64,000 nt of DNA from an uncultured Candidatus Actinomarina sp. (GTDB taxonomy: Bacteria; Actinomycetota; Acidimicrobiia; Actinomarinales; Actinomarinaceae): assembly GCA_902582695.1 (NCBI GenBank), contig CACHTH010000003.1:16273-80272 (forward strand), read 5' to 3'. This document shows positions 39,301-48,784 of the stretch, piece by piece; positions within the stretch are counted from its first letter, which is position 1; each line of letters opens with the position of its first letter. The notes under the pieces are model-generated. The model ran no database searches, was not told the DNA's origin, and worked only from the letters and a program-made list of their open reading frames with translations. Position numbers and translations under genes: made by a program.

Positions 39301-40308
39301 TTGGACCTTCTAGGTTTTGAAAGCGATACTCTTATTGAAGCTTCTTCTTACTCTGAAGAAGCAACTGAAGTTGTTGAAGAACTAAATCAAGAAACATTTG
39401 AAACATTATTAAACAATACTGAAGAAATATATGTTGAGCAGAGCAGTATTGAATCATACATTGCAAGCTCTACTGAACCTACTAATGTAGCTGACCTTAC
39501 TCCAACTGATACTTTTAACCCTTTAAATATAACTGAACAGATACAAAGAGTCTGGTCAGACCTTGAGAGCAGAAGAAAATGGGTCTTACCGGCATTTATT
39601 ACAATATCAATGGTCTTTGTAATCACAATTGCAACAAATACGTATCTTAACTATAGAAGTAGTCAAGAAGCTGTTATAGAAGAAGCTGTTGTTGTTACAA
39701 ACAATTCGAATGAACTAGTTGAACTTCTACCTGATTTAATTGAGATATCAACGAATACCTTTTACTCAAAATATGATGTCTCTAATGCAAGTGCAAATCT
39801 GCAACAAATTGAATCATCTTTGCTTCAGTATCAAAATAATTTAGAAAATAGAAGTGATATCTCAAATGTAATTTCTGTTAAAGAAAATTTAGATAATATA
39901 TTTACACTTGTTAACGAGCTTGACCTAGTTCTCTCATATAGAATCTCAATTTCAGAGGTTTTAATTTATGGTGATCTACCAATTGATGAAGATAGTGTAA
40001 ACATCGAAGAAATAACTAGTAATTTATCGAATATAATTGCACAAAGCAAAGTTAATATAGCTACATTGCCAGAAATTAAAGAGTTTGAGAAACACAAGTC
40101 TCTTGTTGTAGATGCTGTTTCAACAGCTGAAGATTTGCATGGTCGATATTTAGGTGCTCTAAGAAACAATGAATATGAAGTTGCACAATCTATAGCCCAA
40201 GCAATTCTTTTAAATAAAGAGACAGAAAGTCGTTCTTTTGAAAATGCTTTACTTGAGTTTAAGGACAAATCAGTACTTAATTACGAAAATTTTAAGAATT
40301 TACCCTAA
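39301..40308 (+). CDS. Hypothetical single-TM protein with helical C-terminal region
   Basis: Acidic N-terminus, RRKW + TM helix; start uncertain (ATG 39238/39241 or TTG 39301). Confidence 0.6.
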   Translation: MDLLGFESDTLIEASSYSEEATEVVEELNQETFETLLNNTEEIYVEQSSIESYIASSTEPTNVADLTPTDTFNPLNITEQIQRVWSDLESRRKWVLPAFITISMVFVITIATNTYLNYRSSQEAVIEEAVVVTNNSNELVELLPDLIEISTNTFYSKYDVSNASANLQQIESSLLQYQNNLENRSDISNVISVKENLDNIFTLVNELDLVLSYRISISEVLIYGDLPIDEDSVNIEEITSNLSNIIAQSKVNIATLPEIKEFEKHKSLVVDAVSTAEDLHGRYLGALRNNEYEVAQSIAQAILLNKETESRSFENALLEFKDKSVLNYENFKNLP

Positions 40309-40309
40309 T

Positions 40310-40747
40310 TTATAACTCTGCTACTTCTTTTTCAAAGTCAGAAGCATCAGAAAACTCTTTATAAACAGAAGCAAATCGTAAATAAGCAACTTCGTTTGTT
40401 TCTTTTAAGTATTTAAGAACAGTTTCCCCTACAATTTCAGATTTAATTTTGTTTCCTTGAGTTTTAATTTCATTATGAATGTTATCAACAAGAGTTTTTA
40501 GCTTTTTGTCATTAATATCTAGGCCGCCAAAAGCATTTTCTATACCTTTATATAGCTTTTCATAATTGAATTCTTGTATATCGCCACTTCTTTTTTGTAT
40601 CATTAAACCTATTTCAGCTTTTTCATACGTAGTGAACCGTAATTCACACTTAGGGCACTCTCTTCTTCTTCTTATAGAGTTACCTTCATTGTTTTTTCGT
40701 GAATCAACTACATTAGTTTCTTCTTTATTGCAGTAAGGACATACCAT
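40310..40747 (-). CDS. nrdR: Transcriptional repressor NrdR
   Basis: CPYC...VVDSR....IRRRREC..C..RFTTYE, ATP cone, VAYLRFASVY; start placed at MVCPYC. Confidence 0.96.
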   Translation of the reverse strand: MVCPYCNKEETNVVDSRKNNEGNSIRRRRECPKCELRFTTYEKAEIGLMIQKRSGDIQEFNYEKLYKGIENAFGGLDINDKKLKTLVDNIHNEIKTQGNKIKSEIVGETVLKYLKETNEVAYLRFASVYKEFSDASDFEKEVAEL

Positions 40748-40783
40748 ATATAGTGTCATTATAGTTACCTCTAAATCTTGTAT
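40741..40783. promoter_or_regulatory. Putative NrdR boxes at nrdR start
   Basis: ATACCATATATAGTGT (40741-40756) and weaker CCTCTAAATCTTGTAT (40768-40783) vs consensus acaCwAtATaTwGtgt. Confidence 0.55.
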
Positions 40784-41055
40784 CAAATATTTACGGGTAA
40801 TATCAGTATTTGATCTTCAATAAGTAATGAATTATCTAAGTTATTCATCTTTTTAATCAAATAAATAAACTCTTGATGATTTTTATTTGTGAATTTATGC
40901 GAAATACCCCATAGTGTGTCTCCTTTTTGTATTTTATATTCAACAGTTGGTGTATTTTGATACTGATATTGTTCGTTAATTGGTTTTTTAACAAAAAATA
41001 TCATTAAGCTACTAAAAAAATACAGATATATTATTAATTTGATTTTTAACTTCAT
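40783..41055 (-). CDS. Membrane-anchored LysM protein, YneA/ChiZ-like SOS division inhibitor
   Basis: TM + Y.IQKGDTLWGIS...IKKMNNL...Q.LILP; divergent from lexA. Confidence 0.8.
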   Translation of the reverse strand: MKLKIKLIIYLYFFSSLMIFFVKKPINEQYQYQNTPTVEYKIQKGDTLWGISHKFTNKNHQEFIYLIKKMNNLDNSLLIEDQILILPVNI

Positions 41056-41092
41056 AAAACAATTGTAGAAATTGAGTATGACAAAAAATTAT

Positions 41093-41108
41093 TCGAACAT
41101 TTGTTCTA
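41093..41108. promoter_or_regulatory. LexA SOS box
   Basis: TCGAAC-ATTT-GTTCTA between lexA and LysM gene. Confidence 0.88.
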
Positions 41109-41130
41109 AATTATGTTATAATTTACTTAT

Positions 41131-41715
41131 ATGAACAAACAATCAGAGATTCTAGAGTACATTAATCATAAATTAACTACTGAAGGAAACTCTCCTTCAG
41201 TTAGAGAGATAGCAAAAGCGGTAAACCTAAAGTCAACAAGTTCAGTACAGTACCACTTAGATAATTTGATTAAAAAAGGTTTACTATCTAAAAAAGCAAA
41301 CTTATCAAGATCGTTATCAAATAATCAAAAACTCAATACATTTATGTCAGTACCAGTTATCGGAGAGATTTCTGCAGGTACTCCCCTTCTAGCTGAGGAA
41401 AATAAAATTGGAGAGATTCCAATTGTTGAAAAAAAATATAATAAAGACCTCTTTGCGTTGAAGGTTAATGGTGATTCCATGATTGATGCCGGTATTCATG
41501 ATAACGATATTGTCGTCGTTGATAAAAACATTGAACCAAAAAATGGAGATATCGGAGCTTTTATGATTAATGAGACAGAAGCAACTGTTAAATATCTGGA
41601 TACAATTTCTGGTAAAAAATATTTAATACCAGCAAATAAAAATTATGAAAATTTTGAAGTTAATGAAAATACACAACCAATTGGAAAAGTTGTCAGTTTA
41701 TTTAGAGATATATAA
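41131..41715 (+). CDS. lexA: SOS repressor LexA
   Basis: PSVREI...V.LKSTSSV..HL, AG cleavage site (ISAGTP), GDSM, TVK. Confidence 0.96.
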   Translation: MNKQSEILEYINHKLTTEGNSPSVREIAKAVNLKSTSSVQYHLDNLIKKGLLSKKANLSRSLSNNQKLNTFMSVPVIGEISAGTPLLAEENKIGEIPIVEKKYNKDLFALKVNGDSMIDAGIHDNDIVVVDKNIEPKNGDIGAFMINETEATVKYLDTISGKKYLIPANKNYENFEVNENTQPIGKVVSLFRDI

Positions 41716-42436
41716 CTTCTCCTGATAAGTATAAATTTCCATTTTCAAATCTAAGATTTAAATCTCCACCCGGATACATCACATATGAATTATTATCAAT
41801 TTGATTTGTTTTGTTTAGATAATTAAACATGCATAGTGCACCTGATCCACAGGCATCTGTTTCACCCACTCCACGTTCGAATACTCTAGCTTTTATATAA
41901 TTTCTACTAACTATTTGATATATTTCAACATTTACACCGTCAGGGAAAATATTTTCTTTCATTACTTCTGAATTCAAATTTTCTAAATCTAATCCATCAA
42001 CGTCTTTTACTTCGATCATAAAATGAGGATTGCCAACTGAAGATTTCACGCCTTCGAATGAATTTACATTAATTTTTTCTTCTTCATAAGTAGGAATAGG
42101 AGCTGATACTTCAACTATATTGTCATCTACATATACTTCTAAATCCCCTACTGGTGCTTTAACAATAAATCTATCAACTTCCACATAGTTATTATCAAGT
42201 GCAAATTTAGCAACGCATCGTACGCCGTTTACACATAGTTCGGCATCAGAACCATCATTATTGTAATAATGCATTTTTACAGAATTATTATCTAATGGTT
42301 CTACAAATATAACACCATCTACTTCATATTCAGCATCGCTCACAAGAGCAATAATTTGAATTTCAGAAACTTCTCCTTCATATTGACCAACAATAAAATC
42401 ATTACCTGTTCCAGACATATATGCAAAATTAGACAT
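41702..42436 (-). CDS. dapF: Diaminopimelate epimerase
   Basis: GTGNDF, NNDGS.AELCVNG.RC, VGNPH, ERGVGET.ACGSG. Confidence 0.93.
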   Translation of the reverse strand: MSNFAYMSGTGNDFIVGQYEGEVSEIQIIALVSDAEYEVDGVIFVEPLDNNSVKMHYYNNDGSDAELCVNGVRCVAKFALDNNYVEVDRFIVKAPVGDLEVYVDDNIVEVSAPIPTYEEEKINVNSFEGVKSSVGNPHFMIEVKDVDGLDLENLNSEVMKENIFPDGVNVEIYQIVSRNYIKARVFERGVGETDACGSGALCMFNYLNKTNQIDNNSYVMYPGGDLNLRFENGNLYLSGEVIYL

Positions 42437-43253
42437 TAATTATCTCCATCATTGCATTGTATACATGGTCTTCGTCATCAGTTTCAATCATATTTAATTT
42501 TGATTCTTTTTTAAACCACGTAATTTGTTTTTTAGCTAATCTTTTAGTTTTTATATTTATATTTTCTTCAAGATTGTCTGATAAATTCATACCTATAGCT
42601 TGAAGAACTGTTTTAGAAGGATTGCTAATTTTGTTTATTTCTTCTACCAAACCATTATCAATCATTTTCTTAGTCCTAGTTTCAATATTATTTTTATGAT
42701 TAGGATGATTCCAAAATATTCCAACTTTATCTAAAGGCAAATTTACTTCTGGAAAAACATACTTTGATTCCTCCAACATAAAGCTTTCAATGTTTCTCAT
42801 TAATCTTCTTTTGTTTAACTCCATATCGGGTATTGGTATCTCATTAAGTTCATGAAATTTTATTAATTGATCAAAATTTAACTGTTCTAATTCTGATCTT
42901 ATTGTTGGATCAGTTGGTTTAAATTCGTACCTATCAATAATTGCTTTTACGTATAATCCTGATCCTCCAACCGCTAATATATTTTCATTAAATGATTTTT
43001 CAGGAATATCCTGATCAATAAGATAGTTTAAATAATCAATTATTGAAAAATTCTGATCACAATCTGCAATATCTAAACCATAATATTTTACTTGGGCTTG
43101 CATAACGTCCGATGGTTTCGCAGTTAGTACGTCAAGCCCCTTATAGACAGCCATTGAATCAACTGAAAGAATAGACATGTTGTTCTCAACTGCAATTCTG
43201 TGTGCTAAATCTGACTTTCCAGATGCTGTTATGCCTGTGAGAAAATATAACAA
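42429..43253 (-). CDS. miaA: tRNA dimethylallyltransferase
   Basis: G.TASGKS, SVDSM.VYKGLD..TAKP, VGGSGLY, AKKQITWF. Confidence 0.93.
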   Translation of the reverse strand: MLYFLTGITASGKSDLAHRIAVENNMSILSVDSMAVYKGLDVLTAKPSDVMQAQVKYYGLDIADCDQNFSIIDYLNYLIDQDIPEKSFNENILAVGGSGLYVKAIIDRYEFKPTDPTIRSELEQLNFDQLIKFHELNEIPIPDMELNKRRLMRNIESFMLEESKYVFPEVNLPLDKVGIFWNHPNHKNNIETRTKKMIDNGLVEEINKISNPSKTVLQAIGMNLSDNLEENINIKTKRLAKKQITWFKKESKLNMIETDDEDHVYNAMMEIINV

Positions 43254-43254
43254 A

Positions 43255-44631
43255 CTAAATTAATTCTGCTTTTAAATAAAAAGGTGTTGAATCAATAATT
43301 TTAACTTCAACAACATCTCCAGTAGAAACATTCTTCTTATCAATATGTGTAATCTGCCCACTATCAATTTTGCCAGTTAGAACCCGGTTATTTTTTTTCG
43401 ATGGCTTTTCGATTAATAAGACTTGTTCGGTTCCAACAAATCTTTTTAGTCTTTTTTCACTAATATCTGTTTGAACGTCTTTTAAATGTTGAAATCGTTT
43501 CTTAATAATATCTTGTTCAACAAATTCATCTTCCATATCGTATGCTTTTGTGCCTGGTCTTGGTGAGAATTGAAACATATAAACAGAGTCAAATTCAACA
43601 TATTTTACAATGTCCATAGTGTCTTGAAAATCTTCTTCAGTTTCTCCAGGGAAGCCAACAATTATATCTGTTGTCAATGAAACGTCTGGAATAATGCCTC
43701 TAATCATGTCGACTTTTTGTATAAATTTTTCCTTATTGTATCCACGATGCATTTTTGACAGGATATCACTACTTCCACTTTGCAATGGTACATGTATCTG
43801 ATTGCATACTTTACTTAGTGACTTGACTGCATTTATAGTTTCTTCTTTAAAATCTTTTGGATGTGGTGATGTAAAACGAATTCTTTCAAGTCCGTCTATC
43901 TCATTAAGCTTATGTAACAACTGAGCAAAGTATGGTCTACTCTTATTATCAATTTTTAAATCTCTCCCATAGGAATTTACATTTTGTCCTAATAAAGTTA
44001 TTTCTTTAATCCCTGACTCTACTAATTCCTGTGCTTCATTAATGATGTCACTTGGTCGTCTGCTTATCTCTGGACCTCTGACAGATGGAACAATACAAAA
44101 TGTACAAGAATTATTGCAACCGATTTGAATTGTTAGCCATGCAGAATGCTCAGACTCTCTAATCGATGGAGCGTCAGTTGGAAGATCTTCTATTTCATCA
44201 ATTATTTCAGTTATAGGACCCCAATCTTCAGATTGGTTGAGTAGATTAATGATATTTGTTAAATTGTGAGTACCAATTACGACATCTACCCATGGGGCTC
44301 TCTCTCTTACAAGTTCTTTGTCTTTCTGTGCAGCACATCCACCAACAAGTAACTTGCGATCGATTCCTTCATTTTTCCATTTTTTTAACTGACCAAGTGT
44401 TCCATATAATCTATCATCAGCATTTTCTCTGATTGTGCATGTATTGATAAACATAATATCTGCGGAATCCTCAATGGTAGCTTTTGTCATACCGTCTAGT
44501 TCAAACATGCCAGCTATTTTTTCAGAGTCATGTTCATTCATTTGGCAACCAAATGTTTTAACAAAATATTTTTTACCCTCTCGCGAAGGAGTAAAATTCA
44601 TTTTTTGCTTAATTACAACTGTTTGTTCCAC
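43255..44631 (-). CDS. miaB: tRNA methylthiotransferase MiaB
   Basis: TFGCQMNEHDS, NTCTIRENA, CNNSCTFC, GQNVNSYG, TRAM domain. Confidence 0.97.
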   Translation of the reverse strand: MEQTVVIKQKMNFTPSREGKKYFVKTFGCQMNEHDSEKIAGMFELDGMTKATIEDSADIMFINTCTIRENADDRLYGTLGQLKKWKNEGIDRKLLVGGCAAQKDKELVRERAPWVDVVIGTHNLTNIINLLNQSEDWGPITEIIDEIEDLPTDAPSIRESEHSAWLTIQIGCNNSCTFCIVPSVRGPEISRRPSDIINEAQELVESGIKEITLLGQNVNSYGRDLKIDNKSRPYFAQLLHKLNEIDGLERIRFTSPHPKDFKEETINAVKSLSKVCNQIHVPLQSGSSDILSKMHRGYNKEKFIQKVDMIRGIIPDVSLTTDIIVGFPGETEEDFQDTMDIVKYVEFDSVYMFQFSPRPGTKAYDMEDEFVEQDIIKKRFQHLKDVQTDISEKRLKRFVGTEQVLLIEKPSKKNNRVLTGKIDSGQITHIDKKNVSTGDVVEVKIIDSTPFYLKAELI

Positions 44632-44669
44632 AATTGAATTATAAAATTGTTTTTTAAATAATCTCTATA

Positions 44670-45722
44670 TTATTTTTCAGGTGTTGCATCCTCTGACTCT
44701 TCTACAGTATCCTCTTCTGTAGCCTCGTCAGATTCAATCATGCCAACTGCCTTGTACACATCAGTTTCTAACTGCAAAGCAATATCAGCATTTTCTCTTA
44801 AAAATCTCTTAGAATTTTCCTTACCTTGACCTAGTTGAATTTCATCATAAGTAAACCATGCACCAGCTTTTCTAACTATTCCATGATCTACACCTACATC
44901 TAGCAAGCTTCCTTCTCTAGAAATACCTTGACCAAACATAATATCAAATTGAGCTTCTTTAAATGGTGGCGCAACCTTGTTCTTTACAATTTTTGCTCGT
45001 ACACGATTACCAATCATTTCAGCTCCAATTTTAAGAGTTTCAATTCTTCTAATGTCAATTCTTACTGATGCATAAAATTTAAGCGCTCTACCACCACTTG
45101 TAGTTTCAGGTGAACCCCACATAACACCAATTTTTTCTCTAATTTGATTGATAAATATAACAGTTGTTTGTGTTTTATTGATAGAAGATGTAAGCTTTCT
45201 TAACGCCTGTGACATTAATCTTGCCTGTAATCCTACATGGGATTGACCCATTTCTCCATCAATTTCAGCTTGAGGAACTAAAGCTGCAACAGAGTCAATA
45301 ACTACTACATCGACACCTTCAGAATCGATCAACATATTTGCAATCTCTAGAGCTTGTTCTCCTGTATCTGGCTGTGATACAAGTAATTCATCAACATCAA
45401 CACCAAGAGCGCTTGCATAGATGGGATCAAGTGCATGTTCTGCATCAATGAATGCTGCTACTCCACCAGCTTTTTGAGCTTCAGCAGCAATGTGTAAAGA
45501 TAATGTTGTTTTACCTGAGCTTTCAGGACCATAGATTTCTATGACTCTACCTTTGGGTACACCACCTATACCTAATGCAAGATCTATTGATAGTGCTCCT
45601 GTAGAAATTGAAGGTATCTTTCTAACTTGGTCGGATCCAAGCTTCATCAAAGAACCTTCACCAAATTGTTTTTCTATCTGCGAAAAAACTGTATCAAGTT
45701 TTTTTGCCCTGTCTTTATCCAT
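44670..45722 (-). CDS. recA: Recombinase RecA
   Basis: [36 protein letters not shown]; no intein. Confidence 0.99.
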   Translation of the reverse strand: MDKDRAKKLDTVFSQIEKQFGEGSLMKLGSDQVRKIPSISTGALSIDLALGIGGVPKGRVIEIYGPESSGKTTLSLHIAAEAQKAGGVAAFIDAEHALDPIYASALGVDVDELLVSQPDTGEQALEIANMLIDSEGVDVVVIDSVAALVPQAEIDGEMGQSHVGLQARLMSQALRKLTSSINKTQTTVIFINQIREKIGVMWGSPETTSGGRALKFYASVRIDIRRIETLKIGAEMIGNRVRAKIVKNKVAPPFKEAQFDIMFGQGISREGSLLDVGVDHGIVRKAGAWFTYDEIQLGQGKENSKRFLRENADIALQLETDVYKAVGMIESDEATEEDTVEESEDATPEK

Positions 45723-45787
45723 TATTTTCTCCTATTTATTAACAATAATTAATAAGTATTTAAACATCTCTATATGACAAATTTTAA

Positions 45788-45803
45788 TCGAACATTTGTT
45801 CGA
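45788..45803. promoter_or_regulatory. LexA SOS box upstream of recA
   Basis: Perfect TCGAAC-ATTT-GTTCGA. Confidence 0.93.
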
Positions 45804-45809
45804 ATACAA

Positions 45810-47003
45810 CTATTTAATTAAATTTAATAGATCCCATATACAGTTATTTACTGCTCTATTTATTATATCTTCCCTATTACCGCGTAAATTGTGTGTGAAA
45901 TTAGATATTTCACCATTGATACAGATGGATATAAATATTTCACCTATTTTATATTTACTTGATGGAACGGGGCCTGCTTCACCTAATACTGCTAAACCGA
46001 CAGAAGAATTATATTTTTTCATAGATGCAACTGCTAACTCTTCAGTGAGTAGGGCCCAGTCTTCATTAGGTTCTACATTCAATAGTTCTTTTTTTGCATC
46101 CATAGAATACAAAACATTAGATGCAATTAATGCTTCGCTTGCACCTGGATGAGACACAAGCTCTTTAGAAAATGATCCACCTGTAATGCTCTCTACTAGT
46201 GATATTGTATAATTCTTAGCTTTTAGTTCTCTTAATAAAACTTTTGAAGCAGGGATATTTTCATAACTTAATACATTGTGACTTAATGATTCTTTTATTT
46301 GATTTTTAAAATCTTTTAACGCATCTTCACTGACCGAATTTTTATCGATTCGTAATTTAATGATTCCTTTGCTCGCTAAATAAGCGATATCTAAACCTTC
46401 AGGTTTAAACCTGTCAATTTTTTCTGCCAAAGCAGACTCTGCTTCGTTAAAAAATAAAATAAATTCATAATCTTTTTCTATTTTTGTAAAGTTATCTTTT
46501 AAAAATGGTACTAACTCATCTGTTACTAGCGGTATGAACTCTCTCGGTGGACCAGGAAGTATGAAAACATGTTTACTTTTATATTCAATATATATCCCTG
46601 GTGAGGTTCCGTTTGTATTGTTTAATTTAGTTGCACCTGCTGGGATTTCTGCTTGTTTTACATTTGTTGCAGGCATAGTCATACCTCTACTCTCCCACCT
46701 TGACTTCATCCAGTTCAGATGAACTTCGTCAACAACAAGTTTTAAGTCAAACATTTCAGAAATGACTTCTTTTGTAAAATCATCTTCTGTAGGCCCGATT
46801 CCTCCACATGTAATAATGACATCATTGTTCTCAAGTAGTTCATTTACAGCATCTTGTATTAATTTTTTATCATCAGGTACAGTTTTTTCAGTTGAGAGCA
46901 TAAATCCATTGTTATATAAAGCTTGTCCAAGTGATGCAAGGTTAGTATTAACAGTATCGCCAAGTAAAATCTCAGTTCCAACGCTTAAAAGTGCAATATT
47001 CAC
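45810..47003 (-). CDS. cinA: CinA (molybdopterin-binding-like domain + PncC-like domain)
   Basis: SVGTEILLG..VNTN, GGIGPTEDD.T, LPGPPRE, ESITGG. Confidence 0.92.
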   Translation of the reverse strand: MNIALLSVGTEILLGDTVNTNLASLGQALYNNGFMLSTEKTVPDDKKLIQDAVNELLENNDVIITCGGIGPTEDDFTKEVISEMFDLKLVVDEVHLNWMKSRWESRGMTMPATNVKQAEIPAGATKLNNTNGTSPGIYIEYKSKHVFILPGPPREFIPLVTDELVPFLKDNFTKIEKDYEFILFFNEAESALAEKIDRFKPEGLDIAYLASKGIIKLRIDKNSVSEDALKDFKNQIKESLSHNVLSYENIPASKVLLRELKAKNYTISLVESITGGSFSKELVSHPGASEALIASNVLYSMDAKKELLNVEPNEDWALLTEELAVASMKKYNSSVGLAVLGEAGPVPSSKYKIGEIFISICINGEISNFTHNLRGNREDIINRAVNNCIWDLLNLIK

Positions 47004-47050
47004 ATATTTAGGATAGCAAGGTTATTCACCAATAAGATTATCATTAAGTT

Positions 47051-47533
47051 ATGAAACGTTTCTTGCCAATATTTATCATATTTTTTATTTCCTGTTCGTA
47101 TGGAGCCAGTGGAGAGTTGGAAAGTGAAATACTAGAAGCTGTGTCAGAATCTACAGGTTCTATTACAGAAAGTACTTTTAAGTATATAGATACATCTGAA
47201 GCTGTTGTCACTGAGAATTTTACAGATAAAAAAACAATCATCATTTTCTGGGCTGACTACTGAGGCGTATGTAGGCGGGAGTTACCTGTCGTAGAAAAAG
47301 AATTAGCTAACATTTCTGATGAGTATGATGTTATCGCTTTAGCACACAGTCAGTACGAACCAACAATGGAATGGGTGAATGAGAATCTTAATGGAGACCT
47401 CACAATAGGATTTTCTACACCTGAGTTAAGAGACTACTTTAAGATTGTTGGTCAACCAATTTCAATTGTGCTTGACACCAATGGTGAAATAATTTCTCGT
47501 ACTTATGGTGAAATTGATTTAACAAATTTTTAA
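47051..47533 (+). CDS. TlpA/ResA-like thioredoxin-fold lipoprotein with in-frame TGA (putative selenocysteine, UxxC)
   Basis: FWADY-TGA(47261)-GVCRRELP...IVGQPISIVLDTNGEI, frame open to TAA 47533; lipobox-like Cys15. Confidence 0.85.
47270..47293 (+). promoter_or_regulatory. Candidate bacterial SECIS hairpin
   Basis: GGCGGG-AGTTA-CCTGTC stem-loop starting about 10 nt after the TGA; locally GC-rich. Confidence 0.5.
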
Positions 47534-47595
47534 CTTAAAACAATGTTCTAAAGTTACAAACAAGTATGATGAGCTTATAAGCTAGCGGAGGAAGA

Positions 47596-48732
47596 ATGAC
47601 TAAAAAATCATTTCTTATTTTACTTGTTTTATCATTAGTTCTTGCTGCCTGTGGGGGTAGTGCTGATGAAGAGACAGTAGAAGAACCTGTTGCTGTGGAA
47701 GAAGCCGAAACGCTAGATGCACCAGCTACAACTGTAGCTGAGACATTAGATAAAATTACTTTTGGTTTCGTTCCAAGCGCAGAACAAGCTGAACTATTAG
47801 ACAATATTCAACCTTTAATGAAAGTATTGAGTGATGGTTTAGGTATTGAAGTAGAAGGTTTCGTAACAAGTGACTATTCAGGATTACTTGTAGCTATGGG
47901 ATCTGGTCAAGCAGATATTGGTGCATTCAACACTTTAGGATATGTTAATGCTCTCAATGCTTTTCCAACCAGGCTCGAGGCTATTGCAAAAGTTGTTAGA
48001 TATGGATCTGGTTCATATCATGGAACTTTTTGGACAACTGATTCAAGTGTTTGTAAATCAGCACCTGTAATTGGGGCATTTGAAAATATTGATGGTGTTC
48101 CTACATTAATTACTGGTTCAGCAACAATGCCACCAGATGTAAAAGCTTTACAAGTAGGTTGGGGCTTTGGCGATGATGGTATGATTCCTGAAGTCAGAAC
48201 AATTGATGGAGTAGAAGTAACTGTTAGTCCGGGATATGCATGTGAAGCTGATTTAAGTGTGCTCGTTGGGCAAGAAGTACTTTTTGTTGAGGAAGGTTCG
48301 ACTTCTGGATATCTCTATCCATCCTTACAGTTGAAAAATGCAGGTATTGATTACACAAGTGATATAACCCAAGTTTTTGCTGGATCTCATGATGGTGTTA
48401 TAGCTGGTCTTTATAATGGAGATGCCAAGTTTGGTGTCAGTTATGATGACGCACGAAGAACATTGAGAAAAACCAATCCTGATGTTGGTGAAAAAGTTAT
48501 TGCTATGGGCATAACAGCTGAAATACCAAATGATGTTGTAGCTGTTAGAACAGACTTACCTGAAGATATAAAAGCGCAAATATATCAAATATTAAGTGAC
48601 TATATATCTACTGATGAAGGTGCAGCAGTAATGGATGAGATTTATGGATGGACTGATATCGTTCCAGCTGTAAACTCTGAATTTGATGTAGTAAAACAAG
48701 CTGCAGAAGAATTTGGACTATACGACGAATAA
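47596..48732 (+). CDS. phnD: Phosphate/phosphite/phosphonate ABC substrate-binding lipoprotein
   Basis: LAAC lipobox, FGFVPS, DYSGL..AM, STSGYLYP, GSHD, IPND. Confidence 0.9.
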   Translation: MTKKSFLILLVLSLVLAACGGSADEETVEEPVAVEEAETLDAPATTVAETLDKITFGFVPSAEQAELLDNIQPLMKVLSDGLGIEVEGFVTSDYSGLLVAMGSGQADIGAFNTLGYVNALNAFPTRLEAIAKVVRYGSGSYHGTFWTTDSSVCKSAPVIGAFENIDGVPTLITGSATMPPDVKALQVGWGFGDDGMIPEVRTIDGVEVTVSPGYACEADLSVLVGQEVLFVEEGSTSGYLYPSLQLKNAGIDYTSDITQVFAGSHDGVIAGLYNGDAKFGVSYDDARRTLRKTNPDVGEKVIAMGITAEIPNDVVAVRTDLPEDIKAQIYQILSDYISTDEGAAVMDEIYGWTDIVPAVNSEFDVVKQAAEEFGLYDE

Positions 48733-48738
48733 TTAAAT

Positions 48739-48776
48739 AAAAACTAGGGTGGCATAAGTCACCCTAGTTTTTTTTT
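48739..48776 (+). terminator. Intra-operon stem-loop/terminator after phnD
   Basis: AAAACTAGGGTGGC-ATAA-GTCACCCTAGTTTT plus T-run. Confidence 0.8.
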
Positions 48777-48784
48777 CAAATTTT

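Noticed and set aside
47534-47595. PHO box upstream of phnD
   Set aside because: Only weak CTTAA/GTTCT 11-nt-spaced matches, not distinguishable from chance
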